Shown here: in pieces, positions 33,774 to 42,825 of the stretch
How the letters are laid out: each line of letters starts with the position of its first letter
Numbering within the stretch: position 1 is the first letter of the stretch
Origin: a virus
Lineage: Duplodnaviria > Caudoviricetes
IMG/VR virus record: IMGVR_UViG_3300048606_000045
Location: 1 to 42,825 of that record
Length of the DNA stretch: 42,825 nt
Reading direction: 5' to 3' (one strand)
Notes under the pieces: generated by a model
What the model was told of the DNA's origin: nothing
Database searches by the model: none
Seen by the model: the letters and a program-made list of their open reading frames with translations, nothing else
Position numbers and translations under genes: made by a program

Positions 33774-34706
33774 TTAACAATTTTTATACATTAAAGTTAA
33801 GTCGGGTAAACCATGTCCTTGACTTGAAATTTCTAGGTCTAAACGCTTACACGTTTTAGCGAGTAATGCGTAGATTTCTGATTCCGTTAAAGTTCTTTTA
33901 AATTGCTTTTCACCATACTTGATAATTAAAGCCATTGCGCCCGAAATGTGTGGAGTAGCCATTGACGTTCCAGATAATCGAGCGTATTGACTTTCGGGAT
34001 ACGTGGACATTACATCTACCCCTGACGCAATGCAATCGACTTGGAGCGAATTGTTCGAAAAAGGCGCAAGGTTCTTGTCCTCATCGCAGGCTGAAATCGT
34101 AATACACTCGTTATAGAGACTAGGATACCCGTACTCCATAGTACTTTCGTCATTGTCCCCCTCGTTCCCTGACGCGACAACGATAAGAATCCCCTTCGAT
34201 ACTGCCTCCAAAATCGCTTTGTAGAGTTTCGGGTCATCGTAAGCTCCTCCTAATGACATATTCATTACACGTACTCTTTCACCGTTCGGACCTTCCCATC
34301 TAGAGGCGAATTCAATCCCCTTGACGATTCCGTGATAAGATCCACTTCCCTGTGAATCCAATACTTTGCAAATTAATAATTTCGCATCAGGTGCGACTCC
34401 TATTACGCCTGAGCCGTTCCTAACTCCTGCTATTGTTCCTGCTACATGTGTCCCGTGACCATTTCCATCTGAATAATCGTCTCTTCGACCTTCGCCTGTA
34501 AAATTGCGACCATCTATAATATTTCCTTTAAGATCAGGATGATTCAAGTCAATCCCTGTATCTAAAATAGCTACGACAATTCCCTCGCCCGTTTCGCCTT
34601 TTTCCCAAAGCTCAGGCGCATTAATTTGTCTAATGCCATAAGGTATTTCGGGCGCAACGGTTTGAATGGATTCGATTTTAAATGGAATTAGTTTCATTTC
34701 AGCCAT
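33774..34706 (-). CDS. S8 subtilase of the intracellular serine protease (Isp) type
   Basis: LIPF pro-peptide motif; catalytic LDTG, HGTHVAG and GTSMATP; no signal peptide. Confidence 0.93.
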   Translation of the reverse strand: MAEMKLIPFKIESIQTVAPEIPYGIRQINAPELWEKGETGEGIVVAILDTGIDLNHPDLKGNIIDGRNFTGEGRRDDYSDGNGHGTHVAGTIAGVRNGSGVIGVAPDAKLLICKVLDSQGSGSYHGIVKGIEFASRWEGPNGERVRVMNMSLGGAYDDPKLYKAILEAVSKGILIVVASGNEGDNDESTMEYGYPSLYNECITISACDEDKNLAPFSNNSLQVDCIASGVDVMSTYPESQYARLSGTSMATPHISGAMALIIKYGEKQFKRTLTESEIYALLAKTCKRLDLEISSQGHGLPDLTLMYKNC

Positions 34707-34731
34707 ATCCAACACTCCTTTTGTGAAAAAA

Positions 34732-36900
34732 TTAAGTTACTCCATACGAAAATCCTGCTTCTGGTTGTACGGTTGTGCTTAAACTTCGATCAGTAACCAA
34801 CATCCAATTTATGTTATCCGTTGAAACCCATAATTTAAATTTCGTTTGTCTAGGATCAGCGTTTGGCGAATAACCCACATAAAGAAGGGTGTCGATTGGA
34901 TAAAGAGCGCCCATATCATAAGTTAACGTTGGTGTTCCTGCTCCTGTCCACCATAACGGATACCCTGACGAGTGAAGAATCGCTCCATTTGTAGCAACTC
35001 CAATCGCTCCTCCGTTAACAGGCGCGTATCCTGCCTGTGGCAATTTATTTAATAGGCGATTTGTCGCGCCCTCTTTCGCTTGAAATTCTACAATTCGAGT
35101 TGTTCCACCTGTTTGATCTCCGTATCCTTGAACTCGCACATAACGATAAGTTGGCGCAACGGGTGCTGAGGTTGGCGTTGCAGAAGCTTGGATGCTATTC
35201 GCCCCAACTCCTCCATAGTTCGCTGCTCGAACTGTATAGTAATAAGTTGTATTATTTATCGCCCAATTATCATCATAATGATTTACTGTTAAATATTCGC
35301 TTACTAAAGTTCCTGTAACTCCTGCAGTTGTTGATCGATAAACGTTATAAGAAGTAGCGTTTGTCGTTACATTCCAATCTACGCTGACATACGAATTTGC
35401 AGGTGTTGCCGTTACTACAGGCGTTCCTACAGTTGCACCTGCCGTATTATAAGTAATTGTTTTTTCTGTTTCGCCTGTACTCCAATAAGTGACTAGGATA
35501 TTTACGCCTACATTATTTGTTGATTGGCTTACAGGGAACGGGCTTGTATATGTTTGTTGCGCTCCTGCTCCGACTTTGTAATAAATGGTAGCCCCTTGGC
35601 TATTTGTTAAAGTGACATTGAAAGGAATTGTATTTTGAGTTGTGGATGTAGGGCTTACTGAGGTTACAGAAGCGCCTGCAACGGTTAAAGTTAAAGTCTT
35701 AACGGTTTCTCCGATTCCATTTACACTGATTGTGAATGTTTTTAAAGTGCAACTTTGGGTAAAAGTCAAAGCTCCTTTTACTACAGGCGATGCCGTTGTC
35801 GGTGTCGTTCCGTCAGTCGTGTAATAGGTATGGCAAGCGACATAATTTTGAACATCTACCCATAACGGCTGATTTGCATCTAAAGAAAGGCTAGAAACTG
35901 CTCCTATGCCTGCATAGCTATTCGGATTGGTCCGAAATTGCGTTTGCGGAACTGTATTTGTCGTATAGGGCGGTGGCGGTTCGGTTGTACCACCTAATAA
36001 ATTCGCCCCTAAATAAATAGTTGTAATAGGCGTAGTTCCTAAGAAAATGTCTTGTACATCGATTTCGCCTAATTTAATATTCGGGCTTGTAATGATCGAG
36101 TCGGCTTTTTCATCTATGGCAGGTTCTAAATTCATATCGAATTGATTTTCTGGATCGTAAAGAGAACCAAAATAATCTCCGCCCATATTCCCCATACAAC
36201 TTCTTCTAGGTTGAAAAGTTAAACTTGAAGCATCGTTTAAAGCATTTTCTTCTTCATTTCCTCTAAAATTAATCTGGTAAATCTTTTGGGCTTCTTTTTG
36301 GTCTTCGGTTAACCCTGCATTTGCGTCAATTTCGTCAAAATCCGCCTGTATTGAATTGACAGGGTAATAACGCCCTTTGTTAACGCTAACATCAAATAAT
36401 GAAGCAAGAGCCAATCTTGATTTGCAAGATAATTGTCTAAATACTTCAAGCGCATTTTGAAGATAATACAGATCCATCATTTGAACGTATTTCGCATAAC
36501 ATTCGTCCGTTACCATTAAATTTCCTATATAAGTTAACCATGGTTCAATAATTTTATGACCGTTGTTTGGATCGGTTATAGTACCGCCCCAAGTAATCTT
36601 TTGCGCTCTGGTGTAGGTGGTGCAGACCGTTTTAAATTCATTGAATCTTGTCGTGTCAGCGCCAAAAGCCCCTTGTACTACGGATTCGTAATTATTAAAC
36701 ATGTGATTAAAAAGTTCGGTTAACCGATCAGCCGTTCCCCAATTGTATTGCAAGTTTCCTGCGCTCATTCCTGCTCCGTCCCAATTCCCTGCGATCACTC
36801 TCATTTGTGCATCTAATGTAAGTTGGCTTGTTTCAAAAAAACCCGTATTCAAATTAAGTACTTTTGTCATTTGATCCCATGGCAATACGCCTGTAGTCAT
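34732..36900 (-). CDS. Multidomain protein: lysozyme-like N-domain, Ig/FN3 domains and discoidin-like C-domain
   Basis: FE...AGNWDGAGMSAGNLQYN motif; YYTTDGTTPT; SYNVYRST...TYYYTVRA; YRYVRV and F.LWVSTD..NW. Confidence 0.7.
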   Translation of the reverse strand: MTTGVLPWDQMTKVLNLNTGFFETSQLTLDAQMRVIAGNWDGAGMSAGNLQYNWGTADRLTELFNHMFNNYESVVQGAFGADTTRFNEFKTVCTTYTRAQKITWGGTITDPNNGHKIIEPWLTYIGNLMVTDECYAKYVQMMDLYYLQNALEVFRQLSCKSRLALASLFDVSVNKGRYYPVNSIQADFDEIDANAGLTEDQKEAQKIYQINFRGNEEENALNDASSLTFQPRRSCMGNMGGDYFGSLYDPENQFDMNLEPAIDEKADSIITSPNIKLGEIDVQDIFLGTTPITTIYLGANLLGGTTEPPPPYTTNTVPQTQFRTNPNSYAGIGAVSSLSLDANQPLWVDVQNYVACHTYYTTDGTTPTTASPVVKGALTFTQSCTLKTFTISVNGIGETVKTLTLTVAGASVTSVSPTSTTQNTIPFNVTLTNSQGATIYYKVGAGAQQTYTSPFPVSQSTNNVGVNILVTYWSTGETEKTITYNTAGATVGTPVVTATPANSYVSVDWNVTTNATSYNVYRSTTAGVTGTLVSEYLTVNHYDDNWAINNTTYYYTVRAANYGGVGANSIQASATPTSAPVAPTYRYVRVQGYGDQTGGTTRIVEFQAKEGATNRLLNKLPQAGYAPVNGGAIGVATNGAILHSSGYPLWWTGAGTPTLTYDMGALYPIDTLLYVGYSPNADPRQTKFKLWVSTDNINWMLVTDRSLSTTVQPEAGFSYGVT

Positions 36901-36904
36901 TTCA

Positions 36905-39376
36905 TCACCCTGTTATGAAGTATAGTGTATTTGGGTCTTTTGTTAAGCCGTCATAAGTTGCTTGTGTGCCTTTCCAAAGCTTCAAGCCATTTAATGTTGT
37001 AGTTGTAATTGCGTTTACAGAAACATCTACATAAGCAGTATCAGCTAATCGTTCCCATGTATCTGCCGTTGTTCCATTGGCTACATATGTTTTGCCTGTA
37101 TTGCCTGTTCCTGCCTCTATCGCCAATTCGCCTAAATATTTCGGTACAGAAACAGGTACGCCTACAGTAGATGTTGGTTTATCCATTTTATTTGTAGCAT
37201 CAGCGTCCGATCCTGCTGGACCTTGTGGACCCTCTGGACCTTGTGGACCAATATCGCCCGTATCCCCTTTTATTCCTTGAATCCCTTGTGGACCCTCTGG
37301 TCCTTGGATTCCTTGAAGTCCTTGTGGTCCCTGTGGACCGATATCGCCCGTATCTCCTTTTATTCCTTGTAACCCTTGCGGACCTTGTGGACCATCTGGA
37401 CCTGTGATTCCTTGAAGTCCTTGATCGCCCTTTAGTCCTTGATCCCCTTGTAATCCTGTATCCCCTTTTATTCCTTGTAATCCTTGCGGACCTTCGGGAC
37501 CTGTAGGACCTTGTAAACCTATATCTCCTTGTGGACCAATATCGCCCGTATCTCCTTTTGGACCTTGAATCCCTTGCGGACCATCTGGACCTGTCAAGCC
37601 TGTTTCGCCCGTATCTCCTTTTATTCCTTGAATCCCTTGTAAACCAACATCCCCTTGAAGCCCCTGCGGACCTTCTGGACCTTGGGGACCCGTTTCGCCT
37701 GTAAGACCTTGTATTCCTTGTGGTCCAACATCACCTTGCAACCCTTGTGGACCCTGCGGACCTATATCTCCTTGATCGCCTTTTAAGCCCTGCAAGCCCT
37801 GTAAGCCTTGCGGACCATCTGGACCAATAGGACCGATTTCACCCTGTAATCCTTGTATTCCTTGTGGTCCATCGTCTCCTTGTAAGCCTTGTGGACCATC
37901 TGGACCTATTAAGCCCTGTGGACCAATATCGCCTTGATCCCCTTTTATTCCCTGTGGACCCTGTATTCCTTGTGGACCTTGGATTTGTCCGACATTCTCA
38001 AAAACAGTGCCATTCCAAACGTATAAATCCCCACCGACTATATAAGCGTCTCCATTCATATTTCCTGTAGGATGCGCTGAGTTCAATTCCATTTCGCTCG
38101 AATAACTACCTAGAATGGTTACGCCCGTCCCCGCTTCGCCTTGATCGCCCTTCGGTCCGTCTGGTCCTTGTATACCTTGTATCCCTTGTGGTCCTTGCGG
38201 TCCCGTTTCACCTTGAATGCCTTGTAAGCCTTGATCGCCTTTTGGTCCAATCGATCCGTCTATCCCTTGAATGCCTTGTAAACCCGTTTCGCCCGTAAGT
38301 CCTTGTATTCCCTGTGGTCCCTGTGGTCCTTCTGGTCCAATTTCGCCTTGTATTCCTTGTATCCCCTGCGGTCCTTCTGGTCCTGTGAGTCCTTGTATTC
38401 CTTGAATTCCCGCATCACCTTTATCGCCTTTATCACCTTTCGCCCCAATTGATCCATCTAGTCCTTTATCACCTTGTATCCCTTGTGGTCCGTCTGGTCC
38501 AATCGGTCCCTGTGGTCCTTCTGGTCCTACTAATCCTTGAAGACCTTGTAAGCCTTGTGGTCCTTGTGGACCATCTGGTCCAATTGGTCCTTGCGGTCCT
38601 TGTGGTCCTTCTGGTCCTTGTGGTCCCTCTGGTCCATCGGTTGCTTGAACATCTATTTGTTCCCAATCATTTTCGGTCGAACCGTTTGCGATATAAGAAG
38701 CTTTTCCAACAAGATCGATATAAATTTGTCCAATTCTTGTAGGGATTAAAGCAGGTGCAGTTTCACCGAAAAGGGTATCATTTCCCCCACCGCCACCACT
38801 CGCTCCAACCGTTCCAAAAACTTCCCATCCAGTTATATCTAAATTAAGGGCGAAATACATGGATTTGCCATTTGTATCTAAATACGTTTGACCTATGTAT
38901 TCGGGAAGAATCGCTCCATTCGGAGTACCTAAACCAATAAGAGGTCTTTTATCGATTTGAAGTAGCAAATCATGTAAAACTTGCCAATCATTTGTACTTT
39001 CGAGATTATTATTTTCAAAAATTGTTCCTAGCGAGATAAATTCAAAAGCATAAGTTACGTTTAACGTTTCATCTTTTGTAATCATCAATTCGCCTATATG
39101 TGTTCCGACTTCTATATAGGCTTGATTAGTTAAAAGAACTTCACAGTTCCCATTTAAAGGAATTGTTATTTCACAATCTTGGAAAACGCTTAATCCCGAT
39201 GGCTTTTTGATAGCTAAACGAACAGTTGAGTCGGTTAAATCGACCGAAACGCCATCATCCGTGATTGTAAATATAAATTTTACGGTGTTAAAGTCACTTT
39301 CCTTTACTTGAATTGTCGGATTCTGTAGGCTTTTCACCAGATCCAGATTTATTCGGAAGTCCTTGATTAGGTTCAT
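36905..39376 (-). CDS. BppU-like N-domain plus collagen-like fibre protein
   Basis: D.NT....F.I.DDG..VDLT...VRLA.KKPSG N-domain; two long Gly-X-Y blocks; C-terminal WKGTQA.YD....DPNTLY.I fibre motif. Confidence 0.88.
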   Translation of the reverse strand: MNLIKDFRINLDLVKSLQNPTIQVKESDFNTVKFIFTITDDGVSVDLTDSTVRLAIKKPSGLSVFQDCEITIPLNGNCEVLLTNQAYIEVGTHIGELMITKDETLNVTYAFEFISLGTIFENNNLESTNDWQVLHDLLLQIDKRPLIGLGTPNGAILPEYIGQTYLDTNGKSMYFALNLDITGWEVFGTVGASGGGGGNDTLFGETAPALIPTRIGQIYIDLVGKASYIANGSTENDWEQIDVQATDGPEGPQGPEGPQGPQGPIGPDGPQGPQGLQGLQGLVGPEGPQGPIGPDGPQGIQGDKGLDGSIGAKGDKGDKGDAGIQGIQGLTGPEGPQGIQGIQGEIGPEGPQGPQGIQGLTGETGLQGIQGIDGSIGPKGDQGLQGIQGETGPQGPQGIQGIQGPDGPKGDQGEAGTGVTILGSYSSEMELNSAHPTGNMNGDAYIVGGDLYVWNGTVFENVGQIQGPQGIQGPQGIKGDQGDIGPQGLIGPDGPQGLQGDDGPQGIQGLQGEIGPIGPDGPQGLQGLQGLKGDQGDIGPQGPQGLQGDVGPQGIQGLTGETGPQGPEGPQGLQGDVGLQGIQGIKGDTGETGLTGPDGPQGIQGPKGDTGDIGPQGDIGLQGPTGPEGPQGLQGIKGDTGLQGDQGLKGDQGLQGITGPDGPQGPQGLQGIKGDTGDIGPQGPQGLQGIQGPEGPQGIQGIKGDTGDIGPQGPEGPQGPAGSDADATNKMDKPTSTVGVPVSVPKYLGELAIEAGTGNTGKTYVANGTTADTWERLADTAYVDVSVNAITTTTLNGLKLWKGTQATYDGLTKDPNTLYFITG
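37215..38635. repeat. Collagen Gly-X-Y coding repeats in two blocks
   Basis: 9-bp-period GGACCACAA-type repeats, interrupted at about 37985-38130. Confidence 0.95.
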
Positions 39377-40598
39377 TCGTTACGCCTCCGTTCGGCACAC
39401 TAGCTATATTAGGATCTTGGATTTCTTCGCCCATTTTCGCTAATTTATTGGTATTCGGTGTATAGATTTCCTCAGAATCAGGGAAGTACAACACATCTTG
39501 CAAGCCCAATTTTAGCCAATTTAAATTTAATGGGACTAAATTCTCTTTGTAACGAACTTCATCTATTTGCATAAAACCGCCTTTAATGGCGATATCATAG
39601 GCTGAGAAACGTTTTTCAATTTCTGCTTTGGTTAATTCGGTCGTATCGAACGCAAAGTAAAATTTTTCTTTTTCACTTGGCAACAATAGATCCTTATTTA
39701 AAGCGCTTTCAAAGGCAGACAAAATAGGCAAGATACAGACCTTAATCCAGTTGTTGTATTCTTCTTCTCCTGCTTCTCCGTTGAGGATATTTGGAGGGAC
39801 TAAGAACAATTGACAGATTTGAGCCGAATTTGCTTTTTTATGTTCATTTAATTGTAATTCGACCGAAGTTTGAGAAGCTTCTTGGAATTCTAAGCCATTA
39901 TTCAACACCATGACATTTTCGGTCGTATTTCCGTAAAGATTTTTCCAACCTAACTTTAATTCCTCCATAGCCTCTTTGCTCAAACGCCCTGACGCGCGCA
40001 AGAAGCCTTTTTTGTTTCCACCAGACTTGACCATCATTTCTTCATAAATCATCGAATTGTAAGCCACGGAGAGCATCACATTGTTTTCTTTGATAATGCC
40101 TGTACCTGTTACTCCATTTCGAGTTTTGCGTAAAAGTTTAATGAATTGGAAATCTCGAAAGAATTCACCGTTTACTTGGATTTTCGCCTTTTTGAAAATC
40201 GGATCAGGCGAAATTTCGATAGCGACCACATTTGTATCTACATAGTGTAAACTTTTCGCAGTATTGCGCGTTCGATTAATGTAGGCGTAACCGCCCCCGT
40301 GCAGGAGATAATCCTCAATTAAAGCCCTTTTGAATTGAAACCCGTCCAAAGTATCGTTTGTATCACTATTTAATAAATCGGTTCGTGGATCTTCGAGTGG
40401 TTTTGTTGCCGATCCTTTTTCCTCTTGATAGAGCTTTACAGGCAAACTAGCTACTGTTGTAGCTATTAACTCCACGCAAGCGCTAAGAGACGGGATATTA
40501 AGCGCCTGAGCCTTAGAAACGGTATTCGTCAAAACTCCCCCTTGAATCAGAATTTCTTCAAGGGTTTGTCTTTTTTCTCTTTTAAAAGGATTTCGCAC
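39294..40598 (-). CDS. HK97-family portal protein
   Basis: ACVELIA..VASLP, LLHG.GYA.I, LESALN..LL-like and DEVR..ENL.PL motifs. Confidence 0.95.
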   Translation of the reverse strand: MRNPFKREKRQTLEEILIQGGVLTNTVSKAQALNIPSLSACVELIATTVASLPVKLYQEEKGSATKPLEDPRTDLLNSDTNDTLDGFQFKRALIEDYLLHGGGYAYINRTRNTAKSLHYVDTNVVAIEISPDPIFKKAKIQVNGEFFRDFQFIKLLRKTRNGVTGTGIIKENNVMLSVAYNSMIYEEMMVKSGGNKKGFLRASGRLSKEAMEELKLGWKNLYGNTTENVMVLNNGLEFQEASQTSVELQLNEHKKANSAQICQLFLVPPNILNGEAGEEEYNNWIKVCILPILSAFESALNKDLLLPSEKEKFYFAFDTTELTKAEIEKRFSAYDIAIKGGFMQIDEVRYKENLVPLNLNWLKLGLQDVLYFPDSEEIYTPNTNKLAKMGEEIQDPNIASVPNGGVTNEPNQGLPNKSGSGEKPTESDNSSKGK

Positions 40599-40624
40599 CT
40601 AAGCACCTCCCTAATTCAGTCGTA

Positions 40625-42304
40625 TTAAAAGATTTGTAATGACCAATCGCTATCAGGATTAAAAATAATATCCTGTTGAAGAAGAAAAATGGCATCGATG
40701 AGTGACGAAATCATATCAATTTTGCCTGTTGACTTCTTTTTATTGATATAGGTATCTTTGTTGTTGTTTTCGACCACTTTTGCGTTTTGGAAATTGATTT
40801 CAAGCAAATTGTTCTCTAAATAAAAAAATTCGCCATTTAAGACCTTTTCTTTCAATAATTTCGTAGCAGGGTGTAAAACAGACGAGACTTGCTTGATTTC
40901 GACCGTTTTAAGACCTTCTCGCTCAAAACGTTGAGCAGAACTGAGGCAATTCCATCGATCATAGCCCACTGCCATGACCGTAACGCCATATTTGTTTTCG
41001 ACTTCAAGAACCATGTCCTCAATAAAGCCGTAATCAACAACGGAATCCCCACAGGCGAAGCATTTCCCTTCTTTGATAAAATCGTAATAATTAATTTTCT
41101 CCATTCGATTTTTCTCAGGAATGCGGTCAGTCGGGACGAAAGCAAAGGAATCGGCATATATTTTTAAATCCTCCTCTGTAACCATTGAAATCGCGCAGTT
41201 ATCAGTCGTTAAGGCTAAATCTAAGCCCAAATAGACCTGTCGCCCTCGCCAATCGAACTCTTTTATCTTGCACTTGCGTAAATCCTCTAGTTCTATGTAA
41301 GCTTCGCCCGAATTGCTCGGTAAGAAGTAATTCATATTTTTACAGAGGTATTCTTCTCGTTCTGAGGGCTTTTCGATGGCATCGCGCCTATTATCACGTA
41401 TTTCTTGATAATTCTCCTCAATTCGGAGTGGATTCGACTGAAATAGCCCGTGATCTGTCCATAAATGATCTTCTTCTGCATAATAGAGCAGCGCAAACAT
41501 TCGGTCGTCTTTCAATAGACCACTAAAGACCTTTTTAATGTAGGCGAGTTCTTCCAACATAATGCTTTGGTCTTCTGCGTAAGCCGTTGTTGTTTTAAAT
41601 CGCAATGGATTCTTTACCGATAGTTGTCCAGACTTCATTGCGTTGATATTACTGTAGTCTTTGAATGCTCCACATTCATCGGCACAAAATGCGCTCGGTC
41701 GAATTGCGTTGTTGGCGCTCGCGTCAGCCGTTCGTGGTTGGTAAAAAGAATTCGTCAATTTACATAAAACCTTGCCACTAAGGGTTTTAGGCACAACAAA
41801 ATGTTTGCCAATTGTAGGACTTGCATTAAGAACTTGGTTAATCGCCTTTTTTACTTCTCCTGCTAATTCCCGATCTTTACAGATTGAATAAAATTCACTG
41901 AACTTGTCCTCTGTTAGCATCAAAATAATAATGATCAGGGCGACTAGCCACGTTTTCCCATTTTTCCTCGGAATGAACATCGTTACATCGCGATACCGAT
42001 ATTTCTCTGGATTCGCCTTAAACCGCCATCCAAATATATTCGACAGAAAAAAGGCTTGGAATCCTACCAAACCTTCGAGTACGGGCTTTCCTATTACGCC
42101 TAAGCCCGTTGCAAAGTTCAAAAGGCTTAATATACCTTCAACTTTTTTCAATTCATCGTGGTCGAAATAGTAAAGAAATTCATCGTCATGTTGATCTTCC
42201 AGATTATTTATAAAAATCAGACATTGCGACTTCACATCTTTATTTGTAATTTCTTCGCCTGATATGACTTTCTCTGCGTAATCCTTCGCTTTTTCAAATA
42301 ACAT
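40625..42304 (-). CDS. terL: Terminase large subunit
   Basis: Walker A PRKNGKT, Walker B ADE, TTA, GLDLA.TTD, YDRWN and KID motifs. Confidence 0.97.
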   Translation of the reverse strand: MLFEKAKDYAEKVISGEEITNKDVKSQCLIFINNLEDQHDDEFLYYFDHDELKKVEGILSLLNFATGLGVIGKPVLEGLVGFQAFFLSNIFGWRFKANPEKYRYRDVTMFIPRKNGKTWLVALIIIILMLTEDKFSEFYSICKDRELAGEVKKAINQVLNASPTIGKHFVVPKTLSGKVLCKLTNSFYQPRTADASANNAIRPSAFCADECGAFKDYSNINAMKSGQLSVKNPLRFKTTTAYAEDQSIMLEELAYIKKVFSGLLKDDRMFALLYYAEEDHLWTDHGLFQSNPLRIEENYQEIRDNRRDAIEKPSEREEYLCKNMNYFLPSNSGEAYIELEDLRKCKIKEFDWRGRQVYLGLDLALTTDNCAISMVTEEDLKIYADSFAFVPTDRIPEKNRMEKINYYDFIKEGKCFACGDSVVDYGFIEDMVLEVENKYGVTVMAVGYDRWNCLSSAQRFEREGLKTVEIKQVSSVLHPATKLLKEKVLNGEFFYLENNLLEINFQNAKVVENNNKDTYINKKKSTGKIDMISSLIDAIFLLQQDIIFNPDSDWSLQIF

Positions 42305-42309
42305 CTATA

Positions 42310-42765
42310 TCAACTGCCTTTAAGCACTTTCAGTAATGGGTCGGCTTCTTCTTTTTTCTGGTTTAAAGCAAGGATGCCCATTTTTGCTCGCGCCATTGGA
42401 GAAAGGCAAGCATCTTGTACAAACTTGTCAAAATCGGGTGTGTACTTGCTTTTGGCTTGCATTAGGTCTTTATCATAAATTCGGTCGAAATCTTGGTTAA
42501 TGAGCTTTTCAATGTTTTGTAAGCGATCAATCGCAATTACACCTTTTTCAAAAATAAACTCATCTAAGGTACTTAGTGCTTTGCTACCTGCTAAGTGTTT
42601 GACAATGTGACGAAAGATTTTTCGTTGGTTCGCGTTGAGACGGTCGGATGGTTCGGGAAGTCGCGCTTCACTTTTAAAAGCGTCTTGCGCTTCTTTGCGA
42701 GTACGTTTTTCTTCTTTTGTGAGATTTCTCGAACTAAGTTCAACGGCTTTAGGGATTTGCGCCAT
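42310..42765 (-). CDS. terS: Terminase small subunit (P27-like)
   Basis: LTKEE...R ... LSP.ARAK ... DPLLKVL; directly upstream of terL. Confidence 0.9.
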   Translation of the reverse strand: MAQIPKAVELSSRNLTKEEKRTRKEAQDAFKSEARLPEPSDRLNANQRKIFRHIVKHLAGSKALSTLDEFIFEKGVIAIDRLQNIEKLINQDFDRIYDKDLMQAKSKYTPDFDKFVQDACLSPMARAKMGILALNQKKEEADPLLKVLKGS

Positions 42766-42825
42766 TTGCGTACCCTCCTTTCTTTGGTTTATACAAAAAT
42801 TACAGGAATTTTTTTTACGTCACTG
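42576..42825. repeat. Terminal direct repeat, right copy
   Basis: Matches 1-250 with one mismatch. Confidence 0.95.

Noticed and set aside
37077-38749. Antisense and alternative-frame ORFs over the collagen region and other structural genes
   Set aside because: Shadow ORFs caused by repetitive codon usage; no RBS.
1-42825. tRNA or rRNA genes
   Set aside because: No cloverleaf or T-loop signatures noticed by eye; tRNAscan-SE would be needed to exclude them formally.

Overview
The window looks like a complete, circularly closed genome of a temperate-type Bacillaceae siphophage. The unit length is about 42,575 bp: bases 1-250 are repeated at 42576-42825 with one synonymous mismatch. Most genes lie on the minus strand: HNH, terS, terL, portal, HK97-type head, long-tail genes with a -1 frameshift chaperone, tape measure, tail tip, holin and amidase, then an early/middle block (XRE repressor and Cro-like genes, YqaJ, RecT, replication initiator plus helicase-loader-like gene, RecU, ArpU). 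No integrase is recognisable. Instead there is a second, plasmid-style Rep gene with internal iterons and an antisense-RNA leader, suggesting a phage-plasmid lifestyle. Unusual elements: (i) two ~0.9-kb non-coding blocks near the probable cos end, packed with matches to different host transcription-factor operators and bracketing the HNH gene and an AAA+/vWA-like/RHH operon; (ii) about 100 copies of the hexamer GGCGAA across the genome; (iii) a 5.6-kb collagen-fibre/lysozyme-like/subtilase cassette between portal and prohead protease; (iv) a stand-alone paralogue of the Rep C-terminal domain; (v) several unannotated micro-proteins, including an orphan secreted peptide and a type I TA-like pair. 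All family calls come from remembered motifs and synteny, not database searches.
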